A stretch of 63,328 nucleotides of DNA, filler included, from Octopus bimaculoides (lineage: Eukaryota), in NCBI RefSeq assembly GCF_001194135.2. It is 7 parts of 7 records of this genome, joined end to end, with 100 filler letters (N's around TTAATTAATTAA, not from the genome) between each part and the next. Parts side by side here need not be neighbours in the genome. Positions count along the whole stretch, not along the records: positions 62,134 to 63,328 come from NW_026362322.1; 6 more parts are not named here. One strand, 5' to 3'. Positions 63,279 to 63,328 of this stretch are shown piece by piece. The position numbers and the translations under genes are program-made. The first letter of the stretch is position 1. Each line of letters starts with the position of its first letter. A model generated the notes under the pieces. The model worked only from the letters and a program-made list of their open reading frames with translations, was not told where the DNA came from and ran no database searches.

Positions 63279-63328
63279 AACATGCCATACACTTATTCAA
63301 ACATGCCATACACTTATTCAAACATGCC
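63279..63328 (+). repeat. 21-bp tandem repeat AACATGCCATACACTTATTCA (cut by window end)
   Basis: Two full perfect units plus a partial unit. Confidence 0.9.

Overview
AT-rich, heavily gapped eukaryotic DNA dense in microsatellites. The SINE families and repeat landscape point to an octopus or coleoid cephalopod draft assembly (inference). The window is not contiguous: six artificial 44N-TTAATTAATTAA-44N linkers split it into 7 pieces (1-28775, 28876-42999, 43100-54702, 54803-57124, 57225-60816, 60917-62033, 62134-63328). The only convincing host-gene sequence is a minus-strand Pro/Gly/Tyr/Gln-rich coding exon (3044-3237), with a phase-compatible candidate start exon at 20782-20827. The rest is a transposon graveyard: several tRNA-derived SINE families, R4/Dong-type, Tx1/L1, CR1 and RTE LINE fragments, two Penelope-like (PLE) GIY-YIG fragments, Tc1/mariner/pogo/hAT remnants, a Gypsy 5'LTR+PBS+gag and Helitron pieces. 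The most interesting signal is a set of about 9 minimal type-I hammerhead-ribozyme-like motifs from several unrelated repeat families. All complete ones have a tiny palindromic stem III, which suggests dimer-dependent cleavage, and several sit next to fold-back inverted duplications. One family joins a tRNA/Pol III head, an (AAT)n linker and a hammerhead-bearing tail, making it a candidate ribozyme-carrying, PLE-mobilised SINE or retrozyme. All assignments come from manual reading; no searches or folding programs were run.
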